A stretch of 64,000 nucleotides of DNA from the NCBI GenBank assembly GCA_000165425.1, contig CT868062.1, positions 62,001-126,000 on the forward strand. The letters are read 5' to 3'. The position numbers and the translations under genes are program-made. Below the pieces are notes generated by a model, which saw only the letters and a list, made by a program, of their open reading frames with translations, made no database searches and was not told the origin of the DNA. Positions 11,970-25,100 of the stretch are shown in pieces; position 1 is the first letter of the stretch; every line of letters begins with the position of its first letter. Source of the DNA: Paramecium tetraurelia (lineage: Eukaryota).

Positions 11970-14585
11970 TCACACAATATCAATAGTCTCAACTCTTCTT
12001 CTACCAAAAGTCCTGAAAAGTGAGTAGATCAAAGCCTCTTCAATTGTGCTCATCACCAAAAAGGAACCTATTGGTAAGTCTTCATCACTTTCTAAATCAA
12101 GTGTATTGTCATCATCATTTTGATCGTCTCTATTATCTTGATCTATGTCACCACTATTATCAACAATTGGTGGTCGATCATCCCCATCAACCAAATTTAG
12201 ATCTTCATCTTTCAATGGTTCAAAATCTATAATTTTTTCATCATCCTCCTATATTAGACACATTTCATTATTTCTTATTGAGATCATGGGCATTAATTAA
12301 TCACTATTTTATTTTAACAGAAGATCTGAAATGACTTAATACTCACTATTCTTATTCCTTAATAAAATAAACATCAAAGAGTTATAAATGGATTTACCAA
12401 CTTTGAATGCAACAAGAGCGTTTCTCTTTATTTTTTCAAGTTTTACTTAACATTTTAAGTAAAAGACATTTTAACTAGTTTAAACAAGGGTATCTTATAT
12501 TTAAATCTAAGAAAATTGTTCCATTGGACTTCTTCCAAGTTTTTCTATTTTTTATGTACTTTTGAAAAAATAAACTTCACAAATCTTCTCTTTCTCATCA
12601 CTTGATTTCATCAAAACAACAAAATATTTCTTAAAAATGATAACATTTGTTTCTGAAGGTTTCACAATTTCTTTGAATATTTGTTATGGTACAATCAGCA
12701 GATGGTATACTACCAATTATTTCTCCATTTTTATTATTAAGTAATCCTTCTACAATGGTGACGCGAAGATATCTTTGATGGTGGGGAGTTGTATTTTTTT
12801 TTGTTCCTGTTAGACATCTGATATGGAAGAATAAAGGAGCACATTGATATTTGCTTTCTACTCTCCAAGAATAAAGAGGTAGTTTCCACTAGATACAACC
12901 TTCAATAGTTTATAATTCAATGTTATCTCTTTGTGAAACATTAGGTTTTCGATTCCATAATCTAATCTAAATATATAGCATCTGTCTATTAAATGAAAAG
13001 TAAAGTAAACTTCATCATCCAGAACCCACCACAGTTAATTATCAGATTTTTCAATGTCTTGGATTTCTAATTTGAACTAATATTATTCATAACTATTCAC
13101 TTTTTGTTATTGTACTATCAATGTAAATTCATTTTGATCCTCTCTGATTAATATGTATTCCTTCTAAGATAATGAAGGTAATTCTACTATCAGTTTCGCC
13201 TTATTTTCTTTAATTAATTACTCTAAGGTAGAGATCTAATTCTACTTTTAATTGCAATCATAGAGCTTCCAGGCTGTTGAAGGGACAAGCTTTTAATTTT
13301 TTAATTTTTCAAAGAGATTATTGTAATTTATCTACTGAACGGAAAAGTGTACATTCAGAGTGCATTCATCTTGCTCTGTTATTTGGTTTAATTAAAAATC
13401 TATATCCTCATTTTATTTATTTATCCTAATCATAGGAGATTGAATCAAATGGAATAATTTGGCATTGCTCTTGTCGATCGAGATAAATTGATCAGTTTCA
13501 GGTATCACTTCAATCACAAATTAATTTTAATTTAGAATTACATCCAAAAATTTTAGTTCTTTAGAATAAAGTTCTATATTGGAACTTAAAACAAACAAAA
13601 TGTTATTCTATGTAAGAAAAACATTTGTTGTGTGTTTAGCAGCTTGAATATTCAAGTCTCTTCTTTAATTTCCAAACACTAATTGATTGTGAGTAACAAC
13701 AACGTATTCATCCAGAAATTCATAATAGTCATAATTGTAGATTTCCTCATTGAATTTAATACATTTTTAATTAATTTCATCATTGATATTACCTATCAAT
13801 TGAACTATTACCAGAGTATTAGAATCAATAAAACTAATGCTGTTTTAATGAATTTTAGCTTTGATAATATTTGAAAGGGGACCACATTCGTGGTTATTTT
13901 AAGATTTCTTTATAAATCCCTTCAAATTTAATTTATCTTATTCAATTTGATATATTTGAATTTAGTTATAATTTATTCTATAAATTGTGTTTCCTACTCC
14001 AAATAGTTTATTATTCTCACCATTTTATTGAAATGCCACAACATATTCAGCTTATTATTTTATTTCAAATTGGTTGTAAAATACTTCTTCGAACAACATA
14101 AGGTAAGTCTATGCAATAGTGCTTTCATCTATGATTATATATTTTTTATCATAAACATTCAATAAGATCCCATCAACCAAATCTAAATGGTTTAAATGAT
14201 AATCAGGAATTTAAAATTTGACAAGCTATTAAGAGATTAAGGAATATTCATAAAATTAATCCTCCTCATCTATGATTATAATGGTACTCTCTAAATTTTG
14301 GTTAAACTTATTCCCTAACCTGATGTCCCTAGGATGACTCTCTAATTGCAATGGAATTTCATATTCTTATTCGATTGTATTAATAATCTTAATGTTCTTA
14401 ACTATTTCTTATGGTTCTAACGAAAGAAAATTTTCTTGCTCTAAGCTAAAGAATTCTCGAATATCATAATAAATTATTTCATTTTCAACTCCATACAAAT
14501 TGAGAAAATTCCCCTCTACAAGTGAACATGCCTTCATAACAGGGATAAATTACATAATCCCCAGAAAAAGTTAGATATAAATCAT
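11970..14585 (-). CDS. 871-aa secreted or membrane protein, short intronless member of the type-I membrane family (member 2 of 5)
   Basis: Uninterrupted 2616-nt code-6 ORF. Signal peptide MIYIQLFLGIMQFIPVMKAC, then YGVENEIIYYDIREFF resembling family N-termini. Acidic linker, weak TM IGSFLVMSTIEEALIYSLF, then RTFGRRR. Confidence 0.75.
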
Positions 14586-14731
14586 CTCTCAAAATAAATA
14601 TATAATTAATTACAAATATGATATTGGTTTTATAATACTATAGAAATATAAATAACTTGTTAATTATCAAAATAGTAAATAGGCTTTAAGTAGATGGACC
14701 TCCCTATAATGATATATATAATTCATAGTTT

Positions 14732-15325
14732 TCACACATCATTTTCTTCATTTATTAGTACAAACTTAAGTATGATAACCATTAATGCACAAAAGAGTAA
14801 AAATTTAATCATTAGTTAAATTGATAAACTACCTTACTAGATTTGATTTCTTGAAATCTTCGAATGTACAAACAAAAGCTGCTTTATTTAATTAAAATAG
14901 TATTCATGATATTCATTACGCAGGGATACCTATTTTTTTATCTATCTTAATTTTGGTATGCTTTATAGTAAAACTATTTCTTTCTACAACTTTCTTGATT
15001 TGTATTCCTTCAAATTCAGTTCTAATAGCCAAAAATTTTAAAAGAAATTGTCTAGATGTTCAGAGTAATCCTCTCTACCTCCAAGACTAAATTAAAAGGC
15101 TATCTCTTGAATTAATCTTATTACAAGTTTTACTTTAGCTTATATCAAGCCAAAAGTAGATGTATTATTAAAATGATTTGAATGTCTCAAGTAAAAACAC
15201 AGGAAACATATAAACCCTCTATATTGACATTGATTCGACATACATAAACCAATTGGTACATGTCCATCATAAACACAGACATATTAAATTATTTCTGACT
15301 TTTTTTTATGTTTCTTTTTTATCAT
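14732..15325 (-). CDS. 197-aa protein with B-box-like Cys/His module and C-terminal hydrophobic segment
   Basis: Intronless 594-nt ORF. CVYDGHVPIGLCMSNQCQYRGFICFLCFYLRHSNH near the N-terminus and LMIKFLLFCALMVIILKFVLI near the C-terminus. Confidence 0.7.
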
Positions 15326-15374
15326 CCAAGTTATATAAATTAATAATCAAAATAGATTGCTCTTTCTCATTTTT

Positions 15375-16772
15375 ATGCACACAAATAACAACAACTTGAG
15401 ACCAGTCTTACCAAAATTAAAAATTCCAAACCAACAGAAATAATTATTAAGTTCTCCATTGAGATCAAAATTTAATGATGAAAGAAAATTAGAAAGGATT
15501 GTAGAGAAGAGAAATTTCCAAAAGCAATTAATTGATTTGGTTATTCCCTTGCATGATGAGGCTTAGTAGAGTATAGTAAATTCTGACTTTTCAAGAAATG
15601 ATCTCTTGAAACATTATAAGTAATTGCCATCTAAACCGACTTTACTATTTGAGAAGGCTTTGAAAGGTCTTCATCCTCTTTAGTAGAGTGAATATCGAAG
15701 TAAGGAGTTAAAGAAATTGGAAAAGAAGGTTTAAGTTATTAATGAAAGAAATCCTTTATAGGAATCTTGGAAATCACCCTTTCTGTCTTAGCCTAAATTA
15801 TTTAAATCTTCAAGGAATGATGATGAGGCTCTGTCATAAGAAATGGAATAGAATGCTTAAAATGCAGTGTTGCTGAATGAAAATTTAAAAGGGTTTGGGC
15901 CAAGATTACGAACCTATTTGGATTATGATAAGAACACCGTTTTTGAGAGATAAAAAGGCAATCCCAAATATTTATATAGGGATAGTTTGATAAGAATGAT
16001 AAAAAATAATACGACTAAAGAGTTGGATCTGGTTAAAGAGTGGAATTTATTAATTAATTATGACAGATTAGTGGTTTATGTTGATATTCAAAGGCCTGAG
16101 TTGAGGTTATAATAATTTGGTACCATCTCATCAATAAGTCATTATTAGAGCATCTAAGATTTTCATAAGAAGAAATTGCAGCAGACAAATACTTAACCTA
16201 CTCCCAGTTCTTAAATATCCCCTCAATTCTTGGTTAAGAATTCAAGATAGAGCAATTCAAGTGACCCAATAGATTTTGGTAAATCTAATTAGGTGTTATT
16301 GGATGTTTCAGAAGTGGAGAAGGTTTAGGATGATATTGCAATTAGAAAGGATACATTTTTAACTTATTGTCAAGTGTTTTGGGATTTGATAAGAAAGGAG
16401 GATGAGATTGTGGAAAGAGTGGTGTGGGCATTTTGCAAAAACGACATGATGACATTCACTTCTTTTAAACATTTTTATAAATTGATTGTATTTTAGGAAG
16501 GGACATTTGAAGAGTATATAAAGTTCACATATGATTTCTTCATGGGATCAGAAAGAAGTGAAATTCCATTTACTGAGATCCAAGGATTGTTAAGACTGTT
16601 GGCATAGAGAATAGATGGAAAGGACCATGTCTTGAGTGATTAAATCTTAATGGATATTGTTAGTTAAATTCACAGGCCATAAGTAATCTCCAGGGACACC
16701 TTATAGTAATTAATCTCTGAAGATAAGATCCCTCCGACTGTCATAGTTAAAATGGTGTATGAATAAGCATGA
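15375..16772 (+). CDS. 465-aa protein with degenerate C-terminal EF-hand-like region
   Basis: 1398-nt ORF from ATG 15375 to TGA 16770-16772. Segment FTSFKHFYKLIVFQEGTFEEYIKFTYDFFMGSERSEIPFTEIQGLL resembles calcineurin-B/NCS EF-hand pairs with degenerate loops. Confidence 0.65.
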
Positions 16773-16917
16773 TAGGATATCAATGTTTTCAATTTTTGAT
16801 AGATTAATCAATTTCAATACTTTTCATATTTTTGATTATATATATGAGGCAGTATTTCTCTAATTTCAACTTTTTATCATGTAGTAATTTAAAATAATAT
16901 TTTTTTTTGGTATTAAT

Positions 16918-17527
16918 ATGGACGAAGAATTTAGATAAAAGTATAGTTTTGCTGCCCTTCAGAAGTATGTATCGGAGAAGGAGAAGGATAAGGATAAGGC
17001 AATTTTTAAGTTGTGGAATGGGATGAATTTAGATGAGTTGGGGATGTCTGTTTAAGATAATAAGTATGATTAAATCGAATTAGATTGCCTGGACAACCTA
17101 CAAAGATTATTTCCCCTTTTATTGATGACAATGCCACTCAACCAGACCCTCTTTCAAAGCCTCATGATTGGATTAAGCAAAAGTTAATGCCTCGTTAGAA
17201 TAATGTGAATAGGAAGAAGGAGATGTTTAGTTAGTTTTCAGAGGAAACCAATTTCTACATCTTTTATAATGTGATGGATGAGGAATAGTAGTTATATGCT
17301 GTAGAAAATTTGTAAGCATTCATTATGTATTTAGATATGCGAGAGGATGGAGGTACAATTCGAGAAAGGAATAATGGTTTAAGGACTTGTCATTAATAAA
17401 CAAGAATTTGTATTCAGGGAAGTATTTCAGTATTCCGAATTGGAAAATAATGGAAAGCTCGTAAATTGATATGCAAGAATCAGATTTGTGCATACAGGAA
17501 TAATTCTTCAATAATTAAAATTAATGA
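16918..17527 (+). CDS. NOT2: CCR4-NOT complex subunit NOT2-like (NOT-box)
   Basis: GMNLDELGM, FSEETNFYIFYN..QLYAVENLYARGWRYN..WF..GKYFSIPNWK match the NOT2/3/5 box. Introns at 17064-17083 and about 17311-17333. TGA at 17525-17527. Confidence 0.85.
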
Positions 17528-18689
17528 ATTTTATTGAATAATTTCAGAAAATTAAATGTCCAAAGCATCCTCAAGCACCCATTTCCAATATCTGTCTTAA
17601 TCAAGAGTGCAAGGAAGATTAATACTTTTGCCAAAATTGTATTAAGTTCCATCTAACTCATTCCACTCAAATTATTTATATGAAATAGATTGACAAGTTA
17701 CTTAAACGTCACTCCAATGTCAATGAGATAATATAGGACAAACAAGGATTGGAAGCTTATAATGTATTTAAAAGTTTCAAGCATGCCGTCGAGGATAAGT
17801 TGAATCAACTGGAAGATGAATTAAGATAGCTAATATTGAAGTTAGTGAATGACCAAAAGATCAATGACTAAGGGTACAAGTTTCTTCAGAGTGTGAACTA
17901 ATTTAATGAATAGGACATTAAAGAGTTGAGATTATTCTTGATCAATCAGCAATAAAACATTTAAAATAATCAAATAAATCTAAAAGAAAAAGAGAGCAAA
18001 CAATAATTGATACAACTCACTTCCTACTTACAAGACAAAATACCCCACCTTCAAAAGTCAGTGATTGATCAATTAGATTGTGTCAATAGCACATTTTACA
18101 CAAAAACTGAGAGAGTGGAAAGACTAAAAAAAGTTTGGATATGTAATTTATTTCATTAATCGCTTAAATAGCTGATGATGGATAAAGTAAGCCAAGTATC
18201 TATGATAAGACTACCATCAGAGCCAATGTATTCCAAGTTAGAGAGAAATAGTTGTATTTAATAGGAATCTTCTAACCTATGCTCTATAAAGGAAGTTATA
18301 ATTCAACCAATTATGATTCATAAGCCAAAACTCCAAAATTGATATTCAAATTGCATGAAGATACCAATCTAACTAATTATATCTTCAAATAACACAAAGT
18401 TTTAGAACATGATAAATTATAAGTGGTTGACGGACATTTATATTTTATTGAATTCAGACATCCAATTAAACTGTTACCAAATAAGACCTATACAATATCC
18501 ATCTCAACCAAAGAAACCAAACTATTTCAGACCTACCATTATTCAATCCCTGTTATTGATCATCCTCTAATCAAATGGTAAACTGAGGATTTGACTGATT
18601 CTGATATTTTCGTAAAGGGGCCATATGTGCAACACATCTATTCATATGCTAACATAGATCAAATCCCCAGTTTGTTAGTCAAAACCTGA
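17524..18689 (+). CDS. B-box-like zinc module, coiled coil and PHR-like C-terminal beta domain
   Basis: MNFIEQFQKIKCPKHPQAPISNICLNQECKEDQYFCQNCIKFHLTH, intron about 18143-18171. C-terminus FRHPIKLLPNKTYTISI..DQIPSLLV resembles the PHR domain end (GQIP). Confidence 0.7.
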
Positions 18690-19040
18690 AGTTTATAATT
18701 ACAAGGAAATAATTTAATTATTTATAATAATAAACATAATTGTATAAAAGATAGAAGGGTGTCTTGACAGACAGATTAACTAATTTCCTCAGTTTATAAA
18801 ATCCTCTATAACTAACAGATTTTAATTGGAGAATCATCAATCAAATTTTCAGACGAATTATTCTAATATTGTACAATCTTTTGAAATCATTAATACACTT
18901 ATATTTAATTAATTATGGGTGCAATTCTAAACTCATTTGTGGGATATAATCAGAAATTCTTCTTAATTCCCTCTAATGATATTCTTAGATCCATAAATTA
19001 CTGTTGTATTTGTGAAATAATTTAATTAATTATTTATAAA

Positions 19041-19814
19041 ATGGACACGCTAAGATTGAGTACACCTCAAATCGACTTTGAATATAGTAAGTTAGACAAT
19101 ATGCACTCCTCAATCACTTTATACAATGACACTCAGTATCCCATAGCCTATAAAGTATATTATTATCTGAGCATGCTCATTAGTTCAAAGCTACGAATCT
19201 CAACATTTTCTTGGTCAAGCCACCTTTGGGAATTGTTTCACCTAGATAGAGTCAATTAGTCAATATTATACTTCATAGCAAAGTCCTTGAAAATAGCTCA
19301 ATCAAAGAGTTTAATGAAAAATTGTAATTGATTACAACCATCATGCCTCAAGGAATTCAAGATGCTGGACCCATATTCTTAGATAGAACGAGAAGATTTG
19401 AAAAACAAAGAATTAATATTGCTATTCTCACCAAGGATAGAAAGATAATTGCTCAAAGTCAAGGAAATTAAAGTCAGATGTTCTAATCAGTTAATAAGTA
19501 ATTTGGATAGGTAGAACCTACAAGAGTCATTGCTATTCCTACTGCTGACAAGGCCAAAATGGAAGCCGAATATTTTTGCAATAAGTTTGAAGTGCTACAA
19601 CAGGAAGTCACTAAGAAGGAACAGGAATTAGTATTTGTTTTCTTTAATATGATAGCAAGACGTTTAAAAGTTTAATAGTAGTTTGATTGAAAGAGCAAAT
19701 ATTAAACCAAAATCTGGAAAATTGGATAAACTTATTTTCCTTATTTCCTTTACTCTGTCTTTTTTATTAAGTTTACATTACCAAAATCAAATTTTATCAG
19801 TAATCAAGTTATGA
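19041..19814 (+). CDS. VAP/Scs2-like MSP-domain tail-anchored protein
   Basis: ITLYNDTQYPIAYK|FKATNLNIFLVKPPLGIVSP is an MSP signature, followed by a coiled coil and C-terminal hydrophobic LIFLISFTLSFLLSL. Introns 19155-19183 and 19631-19655. Confidence 0.8.
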
Positions 19815-20954
19815 TTTTATTTCATTGTTATTAATTTTTTATGAATAATATTAATACACAAATAATCTTTCAATATATTAGATTACAATATAAGGAATAG
19901 AATTTGAGTATACGATACTAGGTAATCAAAATTAATGTTTATTAAAAAAAATTTTTATTTTATTTACTTCTTTAATGTAAATATAAGCCTTACCTATTTC
20001 TTAAATATTAAATATTGATCGTAAAATTCTGTATTTATAACTGAAAAATGAAAAACTCTAGTGACAAAGAAAAATGTTTGAATAATATAATTATCTTAAT
20101 TTTTTAAAATTGAATGTTGAAACATATTCATTATCAAACTAAGCAAAAATTCTAACTATTAGAATTAATACTAAATCATAATATCAATTGAAGACTGTTT
20201 CATTTTTGTATTTTTTTCTTTGGAAAAAATATCATGAAAAAATTTGCATTAAGATTGTTATGAGTTTAAAGTGAAAATAGTTAGTGTAATAATTTTATCC
20301 ATTTTTGATTAAAGAGATAATTTTATGGTTAGCTATCAAATAAATTTTTCAACAAGAAAATTCAGTTAATTATTTATCACAGATTAACTTATTCAAGAAA
20401 TAAAGACGGAAGAAGGATTATGTTTTTAAATCATTTTAATTAATTATAATACTATTTATATTAATTTTTATTAAATAGGAATTTAATTATTTAATTTAGA
20501 GTGTGTTAAGTGTTGTTTTAAAAATGGAGGAAAAAAATATTGTTATTTAGTTTAACAAAATTCCATACTTAAAGATGATTAAAAAAATGAGCCTCCTCCC
20601 TTCTCATCCCATGGCTATCTTAACATAAAACTGTCTTAAGTAATCTTTTATTTATGAAGAGTCAGAGTGTTTTCCAATAAATAGTTTGAATATAAGTAAG
20701 AATGGAATTATAAGAATTTCAGAACCAGATTTTTAAGTGTGATTATAGGAATAAGAAATTAACTATAGTTTAAAACAAATTCATAGTTTTCAAAATAGAA
20801 AAATTAATCAGCACATATAAGCAATACTCAACGTGAATAATTATCCAAATATTTTTCATATTGTTCTATATATCTTATTTTAAACAACTGGATATTTCAT
20901 CAAAATAAAATAGATAGAACTCAAATAAATTAAATCTTCTTTACAATATCACAG

Positions 20955-21768
20955 ATGAGCCATTCAAGTAAAAGTAGAAAACAAATAGTTAAGCACAAAG
21001 GTATGTGTGATAAAAAGAATCTAGGAATAATGGAAACGGGTATCATCATACGATCTAAATGGACCCCAGAAGAAGATAGAAAGTTAATTGCTAATATGTC
21101 ATTATTTGGTCATCGATGGCTTATGGTGGCACAGAAGATGGAAGAAAGAAATGCCTCTCAATGTTGCCAAAGGTGGAAAAGGCTGTAATAGCACAAGGGA
21201 ATTCGCCAAAATAAGGGCAAACGATGGACTTAAACTGAGGATTAAGCCTTGCTACGAATTTTCAAATAGATTGGCCCTTATTGGAATGCAATAGCTAAGC
21301 AAATCCAAAACAAAACAGGCAAATAAGTCAGAAGGAGGTACAAAAATTTTCTTGATCCAAATCTTAATCACGGACCAATGACGGATTAAGAGGATGAAAA
21401 GATATTCTAGGAATATCTAAAGTAGGGAACTTAATGGAGTAAAATTTCTGTAAGTATGCCAGGAAGATCGGTATGATATAATTCTACATTCTTAGGAAAA
21501 CATGGTTAAAAATCGCTTCTACTCCTATATTAAGTAGAAATATTTAAAATAACCTAACCTATACTTTAGAATAAAACCTTTGGATTAAGATGAAAGGCCA
21601 CAATACTCTAGTGATAATGATCTGTCCTAAGGTAGTTAAATCTAACCTAATTAACAAGAATAAAATGAGAATGATCTATATAATGATTCAAATGAGTTAA
21701 TAGGCAATAATTTATCAAGCTATTATTGGAGTATTGAGACAAGATGCCCATTACTTACAAACATCTGA
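20955..21768 (+). CDS. Myb transcription factor with three repeats
   Basis: Repeats KWTPEEDRKL..W..VA..RNASQCCQRW, RWTQTEDQAL..WNAIAK..KTGKQVRRRY and GPMTDQEDEKI..WSKIS..PGRS|ENMVKNRFY. Intron 21471-21495. Start could lie further upstream. Confidence 0.9.
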
Positions 21769-22142
21769 AATTATATTAATTATTTACGTTGATTATCATT
21801 AGATTATATTGAATATTCGGTTTCCTTTTGCAGAGTTAGGTAAACGAAAAGAGCACTCAAATGATCACTCTGGTTGTATTTATTTTTATTAATTTAATTT
21901 ATATGATTTATAATATCTTAATTTTTAATAAATTCAAGTTTTGATGTTAAATTTAGAAACCATTCTATTACAATTTCTGTCTTTCAAACTCCATAAGTTT
22001 CTTGCAAGACTTGCAAAGACAAGGAGAAGTTGCAATCTTGATGTATTTTCATTAATGGAAAATTCCAAAATTTTCGCCATTATCCAAATAAGTAACCAAA
22101 GAGTGCCATGTAATTTAAAATTTAAATTATTATTATGATAAA

Positions 22143-25100
22143 TCAATAGGCTTAAACTTGTAATGCAGTTTTTCTATTTTGAAAGAATTTGGTATAGATA
22201 AAATATCCGCCAACACCAAGAATAGCAACTCCAAAGATAACTATCAATGTAATCCACCACCAATTGCTACTTCCTTTACTAAGGGGAATATATAAGTTAT
22301 AATTACGAATCATTATCTGGTTCAGGACCAGGAGGGTCTGGCCCGGGTGGATTTTTCTTGGTTAAATGAATGACAGCTTGTGCTGATCCATAATCATTTC
22401 TGGCAGTGATGTAAACATTTTATGCTTCTACCTGATCTCCCTTTTAAATGAATAATCTTGGATAATCAGTGACTCCGTATTTGATGAGCATATTTTCAAA
22501 TGTTGCATCATTAAAAAGAAGATTGGTATGAAGTACAGGCTAATTTAGATAATAATATTACTCTTGTTAATGTAGCATCTTTGGAGAGAGTCATAACAAA
22601 ATAAGTAGAGATTTGCAACATTTATTAGTCTTCTTCACCTCCTATCAGCGTGACAACTTTAGTTTAACTATCTTATATGGCATTATGATCAATGGTTGGT
22701 AACAAATAGACGGCAACCATAATGCTTTATTGATTGGTATAAGCAATGGCGACGTGATCTTCAAAGAGTGTAAGTTTGTTCATTTGTCTCCAAGTTCCGT
22801 AATTGGCAAGCAAAAAGGGAACAGTGGCATCTGATGAGACAGGTGCTCCTTTGACAGGGTCTGTGATGTCATATGTGAAGGTGACAGCATACGTGGCCAT
22901 GATATTAGTAGATATCAAAGCAGTGGTTAAGAGTGACTTATCCTTTTTGGTTGATTTAATTGCTCTGATTTAGTAGAAACGAGTGTGACTTTTGATTGCA
23001 AAGTTTTTGTCGATTAATCCAAAAAGATCAAATTTATCATGTTATCCGAATTTAATGGTTCCATTATCAAAATAGAGATCAACAAACCAAACTCTATATA
23101 AGGCACTGGATAACAATAACTTGAAATAATGTACATTGCCAACTTCATATTTGATAACATCAAAATCTGCTGGTTGAAAAGGTACAGTAGGTTCAGTGCT
23201 TAAGAATTAAGAATTGATGACTTTTCCAGTTTCAAAAGTCCAAGACTTGTCTGCTTCATTTATATTGACTTTATGAACTCTGACACTACCATCATATTAT
23301 GTTGGATCGTTGTTGTTATTGTCCAAAATAAAAAGTATGCCATCCTTGTACAATAATTTAGATGGGTATTTTGCATTCTAACCAACCTATTGCACTGTTG
23401 GTGTAGCAGATGTGAATGTCTTTCCATCACAAAAAACTAGATAGATATTGACAGCTCCTCTTTCTTCACATCCACACAATACTGCTTTACCATTATCAGT
23501 TGCTGTAATAGATTTGCAATCAGCCCCAATTCCTAGAGGTAATTTGTGTGTGCCTACATATTTACCTGTCTCATCTTGGAGGATTAAGGAATCACTTGTC
23601 AAAAAGATCATTGAAGTACCTATAGCAACTCCATCGATAAAGCGTTATTGATATTATTGTCCAGTTGTAAGATTATAAACTGGATTAAGCATTTTGATCT
23701 ATTGTGATCCACATGAATTGCATTCAGCATCGTACTTGATTACTTATCCAGATTACCATCCAGTTGTTTTAATTTCTAAAAATTGATCGGCAGCTTAATT
23801 GAGGAATACAAATGAATCCTTTTGTTTTGACAACTCCTCTTAATCAACTTTGATGTAAGTTTGAGTATTCACATATTTGATGGGGTATGAAATCTAATAC
23901 GGTTTGGTAACCACTTGATTCGTGATATTGACTGTAGCCATCAAATTGGTAACATATTGATTGGTTAGATGAGATGGTTACAAAATTGCAATGGCATCTC
24001 TCAAAAACCCAATCATCTTTTAGATGTTTTGTTGATTGTTGACATACATGTACATTTAGTCATGTCCAGCAGCAGCCATATTCATAACTTAACCATCATT
24101 GATTTTCAAGTGAGTCTTAACGACTTTGTGTAATGACAACTGATAGAGGACATTTGATTCATAGACTAGAATCACAGTTTCTTATGAAGATGGGTCTAAG
24201 GCACGTACAAACAAGAATCCAGTTTAATAACAATAATCAGTAGTCAATGGACTTTGGATAACGTAGTCGTAGAGTGGCAACTCCTTCATCAGGTAGATGT
24301 TGTTCAATTTCTCATAATTGTACTCCTATATCTTGAATCCAAGGGTATCACTCTTTTGAACTATAAAGATGGTTTTTGTTCCCAAGTAGGCTCTAACATC
24401 GGCACCAGGGATGATGTCAAACACATAAATTAAGGTGAAGGTATTTCTCATGTCTCCAAAGAAAATGCAATCTTTTGATTGAATCAATACAAATTCACTC
24501 TTCAGAGCAGGATTACCAAACACTCTCTTAGGTTCGAATACTCTTTCACTTCCCTGCATTAGTATTGTTTTACTGGAAATGATATGCTATGTTGGTGTGG
24601 GGAAGAAGCCAAACCAAGCATCAACTTCTTTTTTGTTTGGTAACACTACATAAATGGCTTTTCTCAAAACAGTGAATGACGTAATCTTATTGTCAGTTGT
24701 TTGTTCATAATCTATTTTAAATAAGGGACCTGATTAATCATGAGTACTTTCGTAGATGGAGATTTAATAATCATTTTCGATGAATTAAAGTGTCAATACG
24801 TCACCTTCTTCTGCATCCCAATCAAATTGAGAAGTACTTGGATTTAAGATATTTGGAATTTTAAATTTGGCGTGTTCTTCACAATGAACATCTCTTGATA
24901 ACTAGGTTTTGGTCGTGCATTCAAAGATTTCAATCTATTTTGTTGATTACAATTAATAAAGGAACCAAAATTTATGGGCACCAGACCAATGAGGATCTAT
25001 GAGTACATCAGCATATGCCACATCGGTAACAGTTGGAAAAGTCAATCCAGTAACATTGAGTTCCCAAACTGTGTGAATGTCTACAATAACATGATCTTTT

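Noticed and set aside
13870..13895. CGPLS in the 871-aa protein as the family GP(N/S)L motif
   Set aside because: It lies inside the first module rather than after it, so it is probably not the homologous position.
21800..22120. Small minus-strand ORF with PCLCKSC
   Set aside because: An in-frame TGA lies just upstream and there is no convincing start or intron.
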